NCBI RefSeq assembly: GCF_964355755.1
Contig: NC_092675.1
Coordinates: forward strand, 5,017,812-5,081,811
DNA: 64,000 bases
Origin: Antedon mediterranea
Lineage: Eukaryota > Animalia > Echinodermata
Direction of reading: 5' to 3'
Shown: one piece after another, positions 44,001-57,800 of the stretch
Layout of the letters: each line of letters opens with the position of its first letter
How positions within the stretch are numbered: position 1 is the stretch's first letter
Made by a program: the position numbers and the translations under genes
Notes under the pieces: model-generated
The model's input: only the letters and a program-made list of their open reading frames with translations
What the model was told of the DNA's origin: nothing
Database searches by the model: none

Positions 44001-47000
44001 AGTCCAATGTTTTGGTTTTTCACAACCAATCACATTGAAACTAGGCTACGCAGTAGTACTGTTTATATTCCTTTCATTTTATTATTTTTTTATATTTTTA
44101 TATCATCTACATTGAGTGACGGCAGCTTGTATTGTTACAACGGCTCCAGCTTACCTAGTTCAGCTCCATGACCGATTCCATTGATTATTTCGCTATCTAT
44201 TCTTTTTATTACTATCTCAAAAGAGGCAGCGATGCACATGTTAGATATAGTAGGCTATTGATTTTATGAATAGCCGCTGGCGGAAAAGTCAAAAGTCAAA
44301 ATACATCACTTCCTCCTTTTTTTTTATTGAACAAACACGGTATAATAATATATATGGGGTTTCTGTATATGTATAGCCGTAACTATATAGTCGTCATTCA
44401 CAATGTAGGCTATATTTCATTATGATAATTAAGGCTCTTGTTTGATTTAATCGGTAACACTATTTACCTATCTTATTTGTATTTATTTATTTACAGTATG
44501 CCTACACTAACCAACATTATTTACATAAATTGCTTAACATAGATGTCTAAAACTGGGACCCTGTTAGGCCTAGGAGGAGAACAGCAAGTTTTACTGAAGC
44601 CGTCTACGTTAAATAGGTCAATATTAAATTAACAGATATCAAGAGATGAATTAACATGAAGTAGATAAAACAACATTATAAAACATTAATACAACATAAC
44701 ATGAATAGGATATGTGTTGGGGGATGAGAGGAGAATTCAAGAATAATGTCCGGCGGCAAGATGGCAGCTGTTTCCGTCTTAATATTTTTTAGTGTAGTCG
44801 ATAACTATACTTCCCTTGACTCTGCTCCGTTTCCTCCGGTCATCATCCGTCATTTTGGCAGTGGAATAAAAAATAGACTTCTGTCTGCCATGGTCTAAGC
44901 ATACGATCACTGGATTTTCTTATTTTCTTTCAATGTTACTAATCTTTTACACGATCACAGAATGTTTTTAGTGTCTCCAGGAAAAATGACAAAGTCTTGT
45001 AAAATTAGGTCTTTATGAAAGTAGTAAAATATAAACATTAAACCAAGGAAGATAGACATCGCAGACACTGAAAAAAGTCAGTTTCTTCACACGGGCTTAA
45101 AATGTTATGATGTCACTATCGATAGATTGTCAGACGGGCATTGTCTTCTGGATGAGAAAAAAAAACAACGGACCATCATTAATGTTATTTCAAAACAAAA
45201 TGGAAAATAAAGTGAATATTGGAGAAACTCTTGGAGAAACTGTTAAGACAAGACAATCCCTATCAGTTTTTATACTTTAGAAGCTATAGACCATCTAACA
45301 TGTATGACCGTCTCATATATAGGAGAAAACTATATAAGTAAAAGTGGGCCTCATTATAATTATATCAACATTTAAACCACGTATTTATAGTACCAGGTTT
45401 AATTATTTGTATTATATTTTACTAATATCAACCGTAATTTGTACGGTAGTTTCCTGGTAAGGTAATTTGTATTTAATGTTTTGGATGTGTCATCATTGAT
45501 TTGGTCAACAAGTGTTTTAAGTTTGTTCTTTGTAGTCTTGTTTTTTCGAGATATTTGGAACGTGGTCATTGTCTAAAAGTGTTGTTATTCATAATTCATC
45601 GAAACAGAGTCTACTATGTTTTCAGTTATCCAAATTTCCTCTTAAATCTTGTAAATTTACTGTATGTTAATTAGATAACTAGATGAGATGTTGACAGCCG
45701 CAGGGTATGTGAGTCGAATAAAAAAGGTAAAGAAGTAATGACCAATAAACACATCGTTTTGTCCATTCGAGTTTGCGCAGGTAATACGTCACCCGTCAGT
45801 GGTCGATATACTGTAATTGCTGAGTGGCAAAACCAAGTAGTGATGATCCGATAATTTCTGAATTTTAAAATCTAGTTAGTTAAATTGACAGATGGTGTAC
45901 TAGTAACTAATAGTATCAATATACGAAGAATTCGTTTCCGTTTTAATTAAGATTCAACCTCAAGTAGTAATGATGGATAATTGTAACTGTCAAACAGACA
46001 AGCAATCACATCAGAGATATCACCCTCATCTGAGCGAGCTCTAGGTCTGAGACTTTGGACCCACCCCGCATATCAACACCATGCAATTGATAATATTACA
46101 TCGCGATTTGTAAAATAGATAAGTTATTAAGTCCAATCAATAAAAAAAAGGAAGAAATACATTTCTAATATTATAGTATACAGTGTGGACAAATGTTAAT
46201 TTGCAACAATAAAAAAATGGAACTTCTTGTAAGTGCATATTCTCTCGATATTTGCTTTAGGCCTATGTAAGTTATTTATCGGCCTAGATTCAAATTAACG
46301 GGTGAATCCTGTCATCTTTGCTTCAGTTCTGCATCAGTATTTTATTTTTATTATAGACCTAAATATTGTTATTTAATAATTATATTATTATATAATTATA
46401 TAAATTCATATTATATGACAATTTACATGGTGTTTATTATGCTTATTTTGATTTCAATATTTATAATTATTCATATACAGTAAAACCAAATATTTTCGTT
46501 ATATAATAATTATTTAATATATTTAATACATTCTACACTGACTTTACCGCCAAAAGAATATTAAATAAAATGTTAATTTGCATTTGGAAAGTTTCACGAA
46601 TGATTGACACTAGTAGAACTATATCTTGTAGGTTTGTTTTCAAAGTTAGGATAGTTTTGCTCGATCTTTTCCTCTCCACGCGAAGGCCGTATACCTTTCC
46701 GCTATTTTTACACGTTTGGTCACGTTTTTATGTTAGTCATAAATTGAAACTTTTCTGGGAGATCACATTAAAAATTAAAAAATAAATCAACTGGGCCATC
46801 ATATGGAATGGACAACATAACACATGGCTTCATACTGACACATCGGGCGTATAATGTCCACCCTTATGAATAACTGCCAAAAAGTGAAACTTCATTACAC
46901 GATATGTTCAAATAATGTTTGTTCTAAGGTAATTTCGTAATATCGGCTTAAAGAAGTAAATATGATATTCATACGTTTATCTCCATGACGTATGATGTCA

Positions 47001-48352
47001 TTTAAATTCAGGTTTATTTTTATTTGGTAATCAGAGATAATGAATGAGGAAATATTATATAGCTTAAATGACAGGTTTGACTTGATGGGATTAAAAGTCT
47101 AATTATTCAAATAGTTAACTTGATAGTACAAGTGTTCTCATTTTCAATATGTGATGGGTAAGGTTTCATTAATATGATGTAAACACTTGTTATGTAGGAC
47201 CAATATGAACAAAACACAACAAATCGTGATATTATGATATGTTTATGTGAAGTGATGATATTCAATTATGAAATCGTACTTTTCAAGGAGTCTTGTTACA
47301 TTCCGAATTACCGGACCGTAAAACGTGTTTACAGAATATCATCTTGGTTGTAAAATGCATTAATTTCAGATTCGACTTTAAATGTGAAATTGTTTAATCG
47401 CAAAATGAGCAATTACTGAGCTAAATGTTTCACCAAGACAAGCGTGAAACACTGAACATTGACTTGTACCGTAAATTAGGTAAATTAATCCTACCAAAGC
47501 AATTACAAGTTGAGCCCTCCAGAGACAAGAGACGTAAAGCGAAAAGTAAATCGAGAACATCGACTACATAGTTATCACGGTACACCTCAGAGAGGCAAAG
47601 ATACAACTAGACAACCAATGCGCATGTTCACATCGATTCGAATGTTGACATTACGCATATGAGTAGTTAAACGTTGCTTCTAGTGTTCATGAATTTAGAG
47701 TGGAAACTTCATGGCACAAATACCCCGATGATTAGTATCCCTCATATGGGAATTCCTAGTGCTACAGATTAATTTAGTCGATTTTCATGTTTGATGCTAA
47801 CACATAATACCCAATTAAGTCGGCAACGAAGACCTGCTTAAAGTCTTAATCTAGTAATGATCTATTGTGTATAGAAAGACCTTTGGAGTAATCCATTTTT
47901 AATGTAAAGAGGATCTCATATTTTAGCTTTGTAACTGCTACTACTAATCGTAACGATGGATATACATATTCCTGAAACGACTTGATTAATAACTTAATAA
48001 CGTTTATTCATTATCTCTGGAGTCTGGATGCCACTAACCACACTTAGTCCGGGTATCTTACCGATAGGCTCATGCACAATTACCCACTGATTTCGATACG
48101 TTAAAAATGCTATCAAAACAGTATAGGCCTAATAATATATTATTAGAGCGTTAAACTACTGGTAATTAGTCACAATAGGCATGTGTATTTATTTATAATA
48201 GGTGGGTTTATGAAGATTCACATTACTCCGCCTGACTACACAGACATATTAACTTACTCCGGGTATTCTGTTTGTATTTGTTGATATTTAATCAATTGGC
48301 TACAATTGAACTTGTTGATATACATACTATATACTAGGCCTATAGGCCTATA

Positions 48353-48401
48353 TATTTATAAAGCGCTTTTCTATTTAAAAAAAAGACCAAAGCGCTGTAC
48401 A
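48353..48401 (-). mobile_element. L2-clade LINE/SINE 3' terminal stem-loop
   Basis: Minus-strand TGTACAGCGCTTTGG...GAAAAGCGCTTTATAAAT matches the well-known L2 tail TGTAAAGCGCTTTGAG...GAAAAGCGCTATATAAAT. Confidence 0.7.
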
Positions 48402-49381
48402 TTAATTAGAGCAGTAGACCTATACAAAGACAAATAGAACATCTAAATTATCCTGAGGGAAAATAAAACTTTATAACAATTTAGGTAAATTATTCCATAA
48501 CTTATCTTACTAAACATCAGGCCACTAAATCGCAAAATAATTAATGATTAATTTTGGTAACATTTTAATTCAGGCCTATCTCAGAATTTAAGTCGTCATT
48601 ACACCTATATTCGGATTCATTTCTTCTTCTACATCATAATGACATCCTTAATAATATGTGGTACTAAAACACAGAGAATGCTTGCTTATACAATCGTTAC
48701 GGTTATATGTATGACGTTTATGTTAATACTGAACTTAGTTATCCGATACGACTTTTGTTTAGAAATTGGTCCATAAACTAATTCCGTGTTTAGTGTATGT
48801 TCCGTATCCCGTAATATTTACATTACTTATGTTACCCGCTTTATTAATCGCTTAATTAAACTTGTTAATTAATATGTATAAAAACGATCAAAATATCAGT
48901 ATTTGTGACTATACGTGTGTCCACCACGTGTGGGCTTTGATAAGGACATATTAAGCAATTATGTAAACGCATCAACACTTTTGTGAAGGCGAAATAATGT
49001 GATGGTGCAGGAAATGTCCAAATCGGTGTACCTGCTTAACTTACCGTTATAACTTGTCCATTGTTTGTCTAAGGAATTTCACATGTCCTAGTCTCCCATT
49101 GTAACCATACCGGTAAGACAATGGCCAAGTATGCACTCGTTGTTCTTTAACGTTTAAGAACTTGTAGTTGAAATTTTAAAGCATGCAAACCAGGATGCAT
49201 ATAGTTAAACGAGAACAAAAACAGAGCTTTAAAACACAACAAACCAAAACAGTTAACACTGATTCTAGACTGGGTTTCTCTCCTTGCAGTCGTCTATGAC
49301 GGACGCCAGACGTTGTGAGTGCATATGCTGTTGACCCATGGCTGCTGCGTAGTAATATTATTTTGTGGAAGCATTTCATGT

Positions 49382-49387
49382 TTTATT
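49382..49387 (-). terminator. Candidate polyadenylation signal AATAAA for Pitx
   Basis: Plus-strand tttatt at the end of a 3'-UTR-like AU-rich tract. Confidence 0.4.
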
Positions 49388-50647
49388 GTGAGAAATGTAA
49401 ACAAAAGAAACCAACAACAACAATTATAAGTAATTTGCCCAACAATATTTATTTACAAACTTTTCCCAATTTTGACCAATAACATTTTTTTAAGAGAACA
49501 AATTAAGCAAAACTTGTATATTTATACGCGTATATTATACAATAACAGTACTTTGAACACGTGCAGAATTATGAATGGTCAATCGGCTTGAGGTATTAAT
49601 ATAAAATGTAGTGCTTCGCGTAACATTGCGCGAAATTACAACATACGTAGAATAATGTCTTTAATTCATCAACATTGCTTAAAATAGTTGATTTTTTAAA
49701 ATAAAAGAGAAATAATGCCAAGACATTTGTTAAACCCCACACTTTTATCCCTGGTGGGCAAAATAAAAAACGCCATTGCATTGCTTCAAAATTGGTCAAG
49801 CACGTATCGTTGCGCAGTGCGTAATCTACGCGCATTTAGCGTTTTACGCCTTTTTCTGAATTTTTCAATATAATAATATAGATATATAAAATATAACATA
49901 ATACAATAGACAAATACCCTGAATAATAATAATATTATTATTAATAATAATAATTTGTAAGATCTGTCAATAAAATATATTTGTCCAGCAATTATTTTTG
50001 CCTATTGACTGTTACTTAAGTTCTATCGATCAGTATTTGTAATATGGACAACATGACTGACATTTACTGTCACATAGAAACAATTTCTTTCTATAATCAT
50101 TGACATTTTTACAATCACACATTATAATATGCAGATTCAACAGGTCAAACAATTTTGTTCATAGGCTTCCAAAAATGTTCCCTAGCTTAACACCATACTG
50201 TTGTTACAGAAATAGTTGGCAAGAATGTATTATGAGTATTCAGAAAATACCACAAAAATAAGATAATAAGAGTTTAAAAAGTTGACAAAAACGAGACTAA
50301 ATCCTAATTTCTATGTCTGAGAAAGAACTCTTGCTTATAAGGAATATGCCACAAGATTGAATACATTGTTTGCAATGAAAAGTGCGTAAAATACAAGACT
50401 TGTGTAATTCGTTGGTACGGTAAATCTACCAACCTATAAACATAGCTTATATATAATTATAAGAATTGTAAATTACTTGTTGATATATAAATCACAAAAT
50501 TGTATAGTTTATTTCTGTTAGCATCAAGGCCTTGGTTGAATCTAATACAAAGAGCGCATTAATATAATAGCAACTTTATTAAAAGGACGAGCGGAATAAC
50601 AAGCTGGGTTGGCAGGCAGGGGAGCGTTTCGGAGCGGTACATTACAA

Positions 50648-50674
50648 CAGGGAGTTGTATTTAACAACTCCCTG
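50648..50674. mobile_element. 27-bp palindromic micro-element with perfect 7-bp TSD
   Basis: attacaa-CAGGGAGTTGTATTTAACAACTCCCTG-attacaa, with 11-bp perfect arms. Confidence 0.7.
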
Positions 50675-50813
50675 ATTACAACCATGGCAACATCTAATTA
50701 ACATCATCAATTATTGAAATATTGTGCAAATGTATGTTTTATCTTGTATAAATTGATCCCCGCCACAATATATTCAAAACAGAAACGAAAAAATGGAAAG
50801 TTTCAATAATGAA

Positions 50814-50977
50814 AGGCTATTTTCCACTAGGCGAGCGAATTTATTCGCGCAATTGAAAACGCGTGCGCATGTGTATTAATATTTTCGCCTACTTTTGTGA
50901 AGTAAACATTGTGCAACCAATCAAAACTAATGTTTTTCCGATTCGCGCGAATATATTCACCTAGTGGAAAACAGGCT
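50814..50977. mobile_element. MITE (about 164 bp, PIF/Harbinger-like ends) within the probable Pitx 3' UTR
   Basis: Imperfect TIRs of about 35 bp: aggctaTTTTCCACTAGGcgagcGAATtTATTCGCGC ... GCGCGAATAtATTCaCCTAGTGGAAAAcaggct, followed by TAA. Confidence 0.8.
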
Positions 50978-51307
50978 TAAAACATCATTTGCACTAACAA
51001 AACGAAATAAAACTAATTTCTTACAAAACCTTGAATTTTCGTTATACACTACTTTGAGTGGAAGTTCATTTATTTTTAAAGTCATCCCTATTCTGTTGAC
51101 TCTGCGTTATTATATACATCGATAACAAATTATTCAAGAATGCAGGTTTGAAAATTGCATCATTTCGTATTGTTTAACGGTACTCTGAGAATCATAAAAG
51201 TCATATGTGCAGACGTCATACGATGCAGACATCATAAGTTACTCTGGAAATCAAAGCCTCCATTTTAATATTAAAGTTTTTTTTTTCTTTTGAAAATATG
51301 AAGAAAC

Positions 51308-51835
51308 TCATGCCGGTCCGTTTAGTCCGGCATATTGACACGCTGATAAAGAAGAGTTCTGTCTGCCTACTGGATAGTTAAAGCTACCCATTGATGTGGA
51401 ATGTTGCTTCGCTTTCAATCTTAAAGAAGCAATGCTGCTCGAACATGGTTCTCTATATACATATGGCTGAGCTGCTGGCGAAGCATACGGACAGGCGGCA
51501 CTTGCACTGTTATTCAAATTGTTCAAACTGCTGCCCGCCACGCCGTTCACAGACGAAAACGTTGTGCTCATCGTTGTCTGCGGGGTGAAGCACATTGGTT
51601 GGCTCGAGACAGTTAACGGATTGACGGAATTTAACGACCATGGGAATCCTTTTGATCCTAGTGGATTGCTACTTTTGGTCCAGCTGTTGTATGGATAGCT
51701 AGGATAAAGCCCGCCATCATCGAATGGTTGTACTAAACCTCCTGGAAATTGGGATCCGAATCCTGCTTGTTTTAATTCGTTTAATTGATTTCGTTCCCTT
51801 TTCCTCCACTTTGCCCTTCTGTTTTTGAACCATAC
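51308..51835 (-). CDS. Pitx: Pitx coding exon 3 (helix 3 with Lys50, C-terminal region, OAR motif, stop)
   Basis: Acceptor tctttttacAG at 51837-51836, phase 0. The 528 nt read [17 protein letters not shown]...YPYNSWTK...[13 protein letters not shown]...[22 protein letters not shown]...[13 protein letters not shown]. The OAR motif is at about 51398-51442, and the intron sits at the canonical paired-class position between homeodomain residues 46 and 47. Confidence 0.98.
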   Translation of the reverse strand, partial: VWFKNRRAKWRKRERNQLNELKQAGFGSQFPGGLVQPFDDGGLYPSYPYNSWTKSSNPLGSKGFPWSLNSVNPLTVSSQPMCFTPQTTMSTTFSSVNGVAGSSLNNLNNSASAACPYASPAAQPYVYREPCSSSIASLRLKAKQHSTSMGSFNYPVGRQNSSLSACQYAGLNGPA

Positions 51836-54800
51836 CTGTAAAAAGATACAAAATGACAGTCAGACATTAAATCAGACGCATTATACATCAAACAATGAAT
51901 AAGGCTTTTCAATACTATTTATAGGTTGAAATATGTTATACCTCTACAGACAATCGTATTGTTTACTACGTATTTTGGTTTCTTTATCATGATTTATGCA
52001 GTCACTACCATTGATAGGAGTGCGTAACTGAGCCAAGATACCCCGCATCTAATCAGCATATATATTTTTAATAATACCGGTTTATTACACGATTCTTACT
52101 TCTTGATTATTAATTTAAACTTAATAATTATCATGTTATTATTATTACTAGTATTGCTATTATTTTATTACTAATGCCAAACAATAATCGAAAGAATAGT
52201 AAACTATTATTCTAATCTTGTAATAATGACTATCGTTATTCCAATGTCGATGTACCGATGACATACGGTGTATTCAAAATTGTTGAATATTCTAGCTCTT
52301 AATTTAATGAGCTTATTGTAACATCCATATTTCACCTAAGGCTTATTAGTATAAAAATTAAACAAATAGTGGAAATTACTTGATACGCATGTAGTATTCC
52401 TTTCTTAAGAAAGAGCCAATTATCTACTACAATAATTTTACTAACAATAGTCCTCCGGGAACAACAGAATTCGTTCATAAATAAGGTAGACAGAGAAACA
52501 TCAATATGCAAAGGTAATGTAAATTACATTTAATCTTAATTATTGTTGTGATGTATCATAACTTTCGTTTAAATTTAAATTATGTATTATAAAGAGCTGT
52601 CACTGCGCACTTTAAAACATTATAACTATTTATAACTATTTACTAGATTGTCCTATACTAATGAAATATGAACAATTCATTTTTTGAATAGATACGAGTT
52701 TTATACTGCTATATTGTATTTAGTTTGATTGTCCGATTTCAAAGAGCCAAATTTTGCTATTACTGAACTTAGGTAACAGAAGAAGAAACATAGAAATGAT
52801 GACGACCCGCAATGCCGTATCGTAAAGACGATATAAACGCAATTGCGTTGAAATACCGTATCTAATGATGACGATATAGTTAATTACGTAAATTAAACTT
52901 AAACCAATGGCAGGTCCAATTAAAAAAAATCGTTAATGCTATAATTAAGAAGTAATATTTATAGCAACAATAAAATAACTCAAATGGAAAAATCACAGTG
53001 TAGGCCTATCTGTATGAAGGGAGAAAGGCCAGTGTAAACATCAGAGCAAAAAAAAAGGTTGCTTGGAAAATTGGGTCAAAATTAAGGATGTAATTAATCT
53101 AGCCCGTTGGCAGATACACATAATTTGACGACAATTTTACAATTAAAGAATTCGTCAGCCTTTGTCCATCACCAGTTTTACAACTGCAGATGGGACGGTT
53201 TTTAAAAGGTACGTGTGGACGGATTCAATGGAAGTGGTGTGTTATCCTTCACTTTGTGTGTTGTTCCCACACATAGATCCTCTACAAATTGGGTACTGTG
53301 AATGATATCTTAATTGACGGCAATTTAGCACAGTTAGTTATCAGACGATGATTGAAATAAGGTTACAGGTTTTCAAGAGTGTAATAACAATTATCTTTTA
53401 AATAGGCCTAATAGAACATAGGGAACATTTTCCATGTTCACACTACAACAGTATAGGTATAGCCTACGTTTTTATATAGAATTCAACATTATTGAATAAT
53501 TAGTTTATCTCAATTACCAAGAGCCGCCTTTAAACAAAAAGAAAACAAATATAAAGCCGCCTTTAATTTCTTGCTCTTATTGTAATATTAAGAATAATTA
53601 TATTCGTTCTTATAACCGCTTATTGCACAATGCTTCTAAACGCTTCATATTATATTATATTTAGATGAATATTTTAGTTTGTTAAGTTTGTTAAAGCTTG
53701 TACGGTACCGTGTTTCAATATAAAATATAACATATAATACGAATAACACTGTTTATATGGCAGTGTGTTCACTGGATTGTGTAGAGATGCACGTTACAAT
53801 GTATTAAGTTAGATCATGGTTAGATTAAGTCTTTAGTCATGTGTTTAACCAAACGGTAGGCTATATGAATGTGTTTTAAGCCACTTGAATTACTGACATT
53901 GTAGGGAAAGTCAGCTTTGATAACAGTGATCGAAACTTAAACCAATAACTTATGGTTTTTTGTTATATCTTGAAAAACTAGTCAAAGTTGACCTAATTTG
54001 TGTAAAACACGAAGCTAAACAATACCTGTAAAGTATACCAAATGTTCTTAACAGATTGTGTCGAGTTATGATTAAATTAGTGGACGACAAATTGCCCCGA
54101 GTAATATTATTATCTCGAAGACCCGACATGGAAAGCGAAAATTTCGAAATATCAAATAAAAATGATTCAGAAGAATTCCCGGTTGAAACGGTGTAACTAG
54201 ATTGAACATGTTAAAATAACAACAACAATGATAATATATTTATAATGTCTATGGTATCATTTTTATAGAGTAATTTATCCGTAGTATTTATCTGTCACCC
54301 ACTGTATATTATATCCTATTCTCCGTAATCCAGAAATGCTAGAAGCAACCAACTTATGGAATGACTTATCAGCTGTTGGCACATAGATATCGTATTAGAA
54401 ATTATACGAATTCGCTTAATTGTTGTTTTCAAATGTATTTATTTGTAATGTCAGTAACTAATGTTATCACTTTGTATGTATTTTTTAATGATTTTCTAAA
54501 TAAAATCGATAATCAAACAGAACAAGAAAAATAAAATTAAAATATTAATAAGTACTGTATACAGTATTAATTAACGGCCGCTTTAGAAAGATATTCATAC
54601 CATTAGGTCTAGTGATTATTTGGATTGTTATTCATGTTTACTCGGACAAGAAATGGATTTGAGACAGACCAACGATTTAATTTTATTACTGTCTGTAGTC
54701 TTAATAGTAATTTTGATCGCGATAACGATGTGGGTAGAGTACTTATAATCATAGATCACAGAAATATAGTGTGAAGTAAATAAAATACAATTTACCCTTG

Positions 54801-57800
54801 ATTCTATTTACGATGGCGGACACAAACCAACAAGGTGTGACAAAACAGGAGCGTTTAAGGCTGTCTAAAGGGATAGGCCTATCGAAACGGCTCACCTGAA
54901 CCATGCAGGTACATCCGCAATAGTGCATCCCAAGAATAGATATGGCAAAGTATCATATACTAATATATATACCAACATAATTTATCACTATATTTGACAG
55001 CCTATACGCTTCTTCTATTCAATTTAATTAAACTTTATTTAATCACGAAGGCCTATCAACAAATAAACATAACGCCTATAAAAAATAATAATTGTTTAGT
55101 GTCATGAGTGATATCAATAAGGGTAATGTATTTAGTGACTAGCCAGGTTGAATTAAATAATCAGTTTGTTCCTAATTACATCTTTAAATGAATTTGAACC
55201 AAAGAACCATTATGTCATATTTGTTAAACCCCCATGGTTAAATACAGTATTCAACAACTCTGCTAAAGATAGTAGACTTTCGTTGATTCAAGTAAGCTGC
55301 CTGTACACAATGTACATGTATATCTTTTTCATTCAGATTAGCAAAAAGGTATTAAAACGATTCACCATTCTTTCATTCTTTCAAAGTCACCTTTTATTCA
55401 GTTTTTCTATTCACCTAAAAGAATTCGTTTCAAAGGAGTTTAAGCAACAATAGTCAGCTTAAAACTTGCTGTTTAAAGTCATAATTAAACAGCAAATTTT
55501 ACGAAAATTCCCTACTGATCTATATTATTCTAAATCTGATTAAAATATAAAAAAACTGTTTGATTAGAAAGGGTACCGGTTATTATTGTAAGGAATATGA
55601 TAAATTGTGTATTCATAATTCATAACGATGTCAACAAAAACATAAATAATCATGACTAATGAATTTGGTTTGTTATGGCCTCGGCTTTTATGTTTTATTG
55701 TTCTGAACTTGAATAGAAACCACGGAATAAAACGTATTGGGAAAAAACCTTGGGCACGATGTGGGATGAAAAGGTGTGTTGAGGATACGTAGGTCAAATG
55801 AAGAAGGTCAACGAAGATGAATACAACAAATTGTTATCCGGTGTAAATTAGATAGTAGACGTGTTAACATAACTATATACACACATAATAGAGATTCCAA
55901 GGACACCAAATATTATTAAGAACATTATGCTTATATTTCTTTCCCAGCAAGAGTTTCTTTCATCCCGTCAACATGCAATGTAGATCTAGGCCTACTGTAA
56001 ATGATTTGATGGTGCCACTGTTTTAATCAAAATAGCAAAATAAAGAATGGATGGAGGTGGCTTATTTCTTTATACCGTTATACAAAAATAACCCAACATT
56101 GAAGTTTGATATGTAAACCATCAGGTCGAGAAATAATAGTTTGGAGACATGGCCTATTAGAATCGTCAAATATACATTATGCTTACACTTTTAGCAGGCT
56201 AATATACTTTCAATCATTGGGGGAAACTATTTTCCTTCATGTTACAGTGTAATAAAATATTGTTAGGAGGCCATGTTGTGTCTAGTGTGGCTATGTCATT
56301 AGGCCTATGTGTTTACAATGTTGTACGACACAATGCAGACCTCATGGGATTTACTTACACTTAATGAATGTAACGGTAGCACGATTTGATTTTTGACCAC
56401 GTGTTTCTCGAATCAATTTCGATTGCCAATAAACCAAAACTTCCTTGCCAATTCCCTTAAGACCATGTCCGCCATCGTATTAATCTATGTTCTTCGACTT
56501 AAGCATTTTCTAATCTTTATTCACTTATTAACACAATATAATAACACAAAAATAGAAATAACATTAAGTTCTGATGATCTACCGCATTGATATTGATATA
56601 TGATTATACATTGATTAAAACAGAATTAATAATAGTCTTTTCTTTTCTTGTCAACCTAAAATGAATAATACAATTTAGATAAGTATAGGAGTGGCGGTAT
56701 GTTTGGTTACACACGTTACAAGTTCAGTGTCGTTCTTATAATATAAACACAATGTAATTGTAGGCTACCGTATGAAATAGTTGTTTGTATTGACTAGCAA
56801 TTCATAATGTTGTTGCGTAATTAGGCTAATCTAATGCATCAAAATCTGTTTATACGCCAAATAGGCCTAATTGAAATCAAATATATAATAAGTTATCATA
56901 TTATTGGTCTATAAAAGATTTATAAAGGCGGAAATCATTTGAACAATATGTTAAGCTTAAACAGCCAATGGACATAATCTTTATAATCAATACTATCAAC
57001 GTCGGCTTAGCACTGCATTAATGTGGTATATCTGACTAATACATATCAATATTAATGTGTAGTTACAGTTTTAATGTTTTTATAGACGAATTGGTCGTGT
57101 AATAGGGTGTGTATGGACAATGATTTCCTTCAGATACCATTATTCAACATTGAACCGATTGTGTCGCTGTGGTTTGTAGGGAAGTCCCTGGCTCTTGGGA
57201 AAAAAAGCAAATAAAACTTGTCCTTAGGAATATCATGGCTGGTTTCCTGCCTCCAGCTATCGCATATAGCCTATGCTCCAGGTGGTAAACCCATAACCTT
57301 TGAGCTTGCTTGAAGCTGATAAAATAAACTCTTTAATATGAAAAATATAATTTCATTACATCTATATAAATGTATTTCATATTAACATTACATCTTATTT
57401 ATGTACGTTTTCCTAGAGAAAAGTGAACTTCCCTTGCTGTACTGTAGACCTATGTATTTCATGAGGATTAATATTAATAAAGTGTATATCCCAAAAAAAT
57501 CCTGTATTATATTATAGCTTTGTTAAAACACATATCAAAGATCAATAATGCATAGATATGGAACGCCGAGGCGGAAATAATTGTTGCTCCATGCTGGCTA
57601 TATCGGGAATGGTTTTTCCATTGATCCATTGATCTTTTAAAAAAAAAGATGTATAGTACAAAACAAATTAGCCTTATAAACAAACTTCACCTTAAGAATG
57701 TCCCGGGGGTTACTGTACTTCATCGAACTGTCAACAGTTAGTACTAAGCAAGCGTAAAGTCACTCGCTTATAAGTACCCCTTAGGCTATTCACCCAAACG

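Larger units (their letters stand above)
49360..51307 (-). other. Probable Pitx 3' UTR (about 1.9 kb)
   Basis: Follows the stop codon. AATAAA on the minus strand at 49387-49382 is preceded by U-rich sequence and a TGTAAATA element (49457-49450). An alternative AATAAA lies at 50580-50575. The end point is inferred. Confidence 0.5.

Noticed and set aside
791-49835. The many 60-118 aa ORFs in the supplied track outside Pitx
   Set aside because: They show the low-complexity F/I/L/Y/K-rich composition typical of AT-rich non-coding DNA, many start at TTG/GTG, and they have no recognisable domains apart from the LINE relics noted.
51391-51588. Plus-strand ORF overlapping Pitx exon 3 (likewise 63416..63664 over exon 1)
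   Set aside because: Antisense shadows of real coding exons with no independent support.
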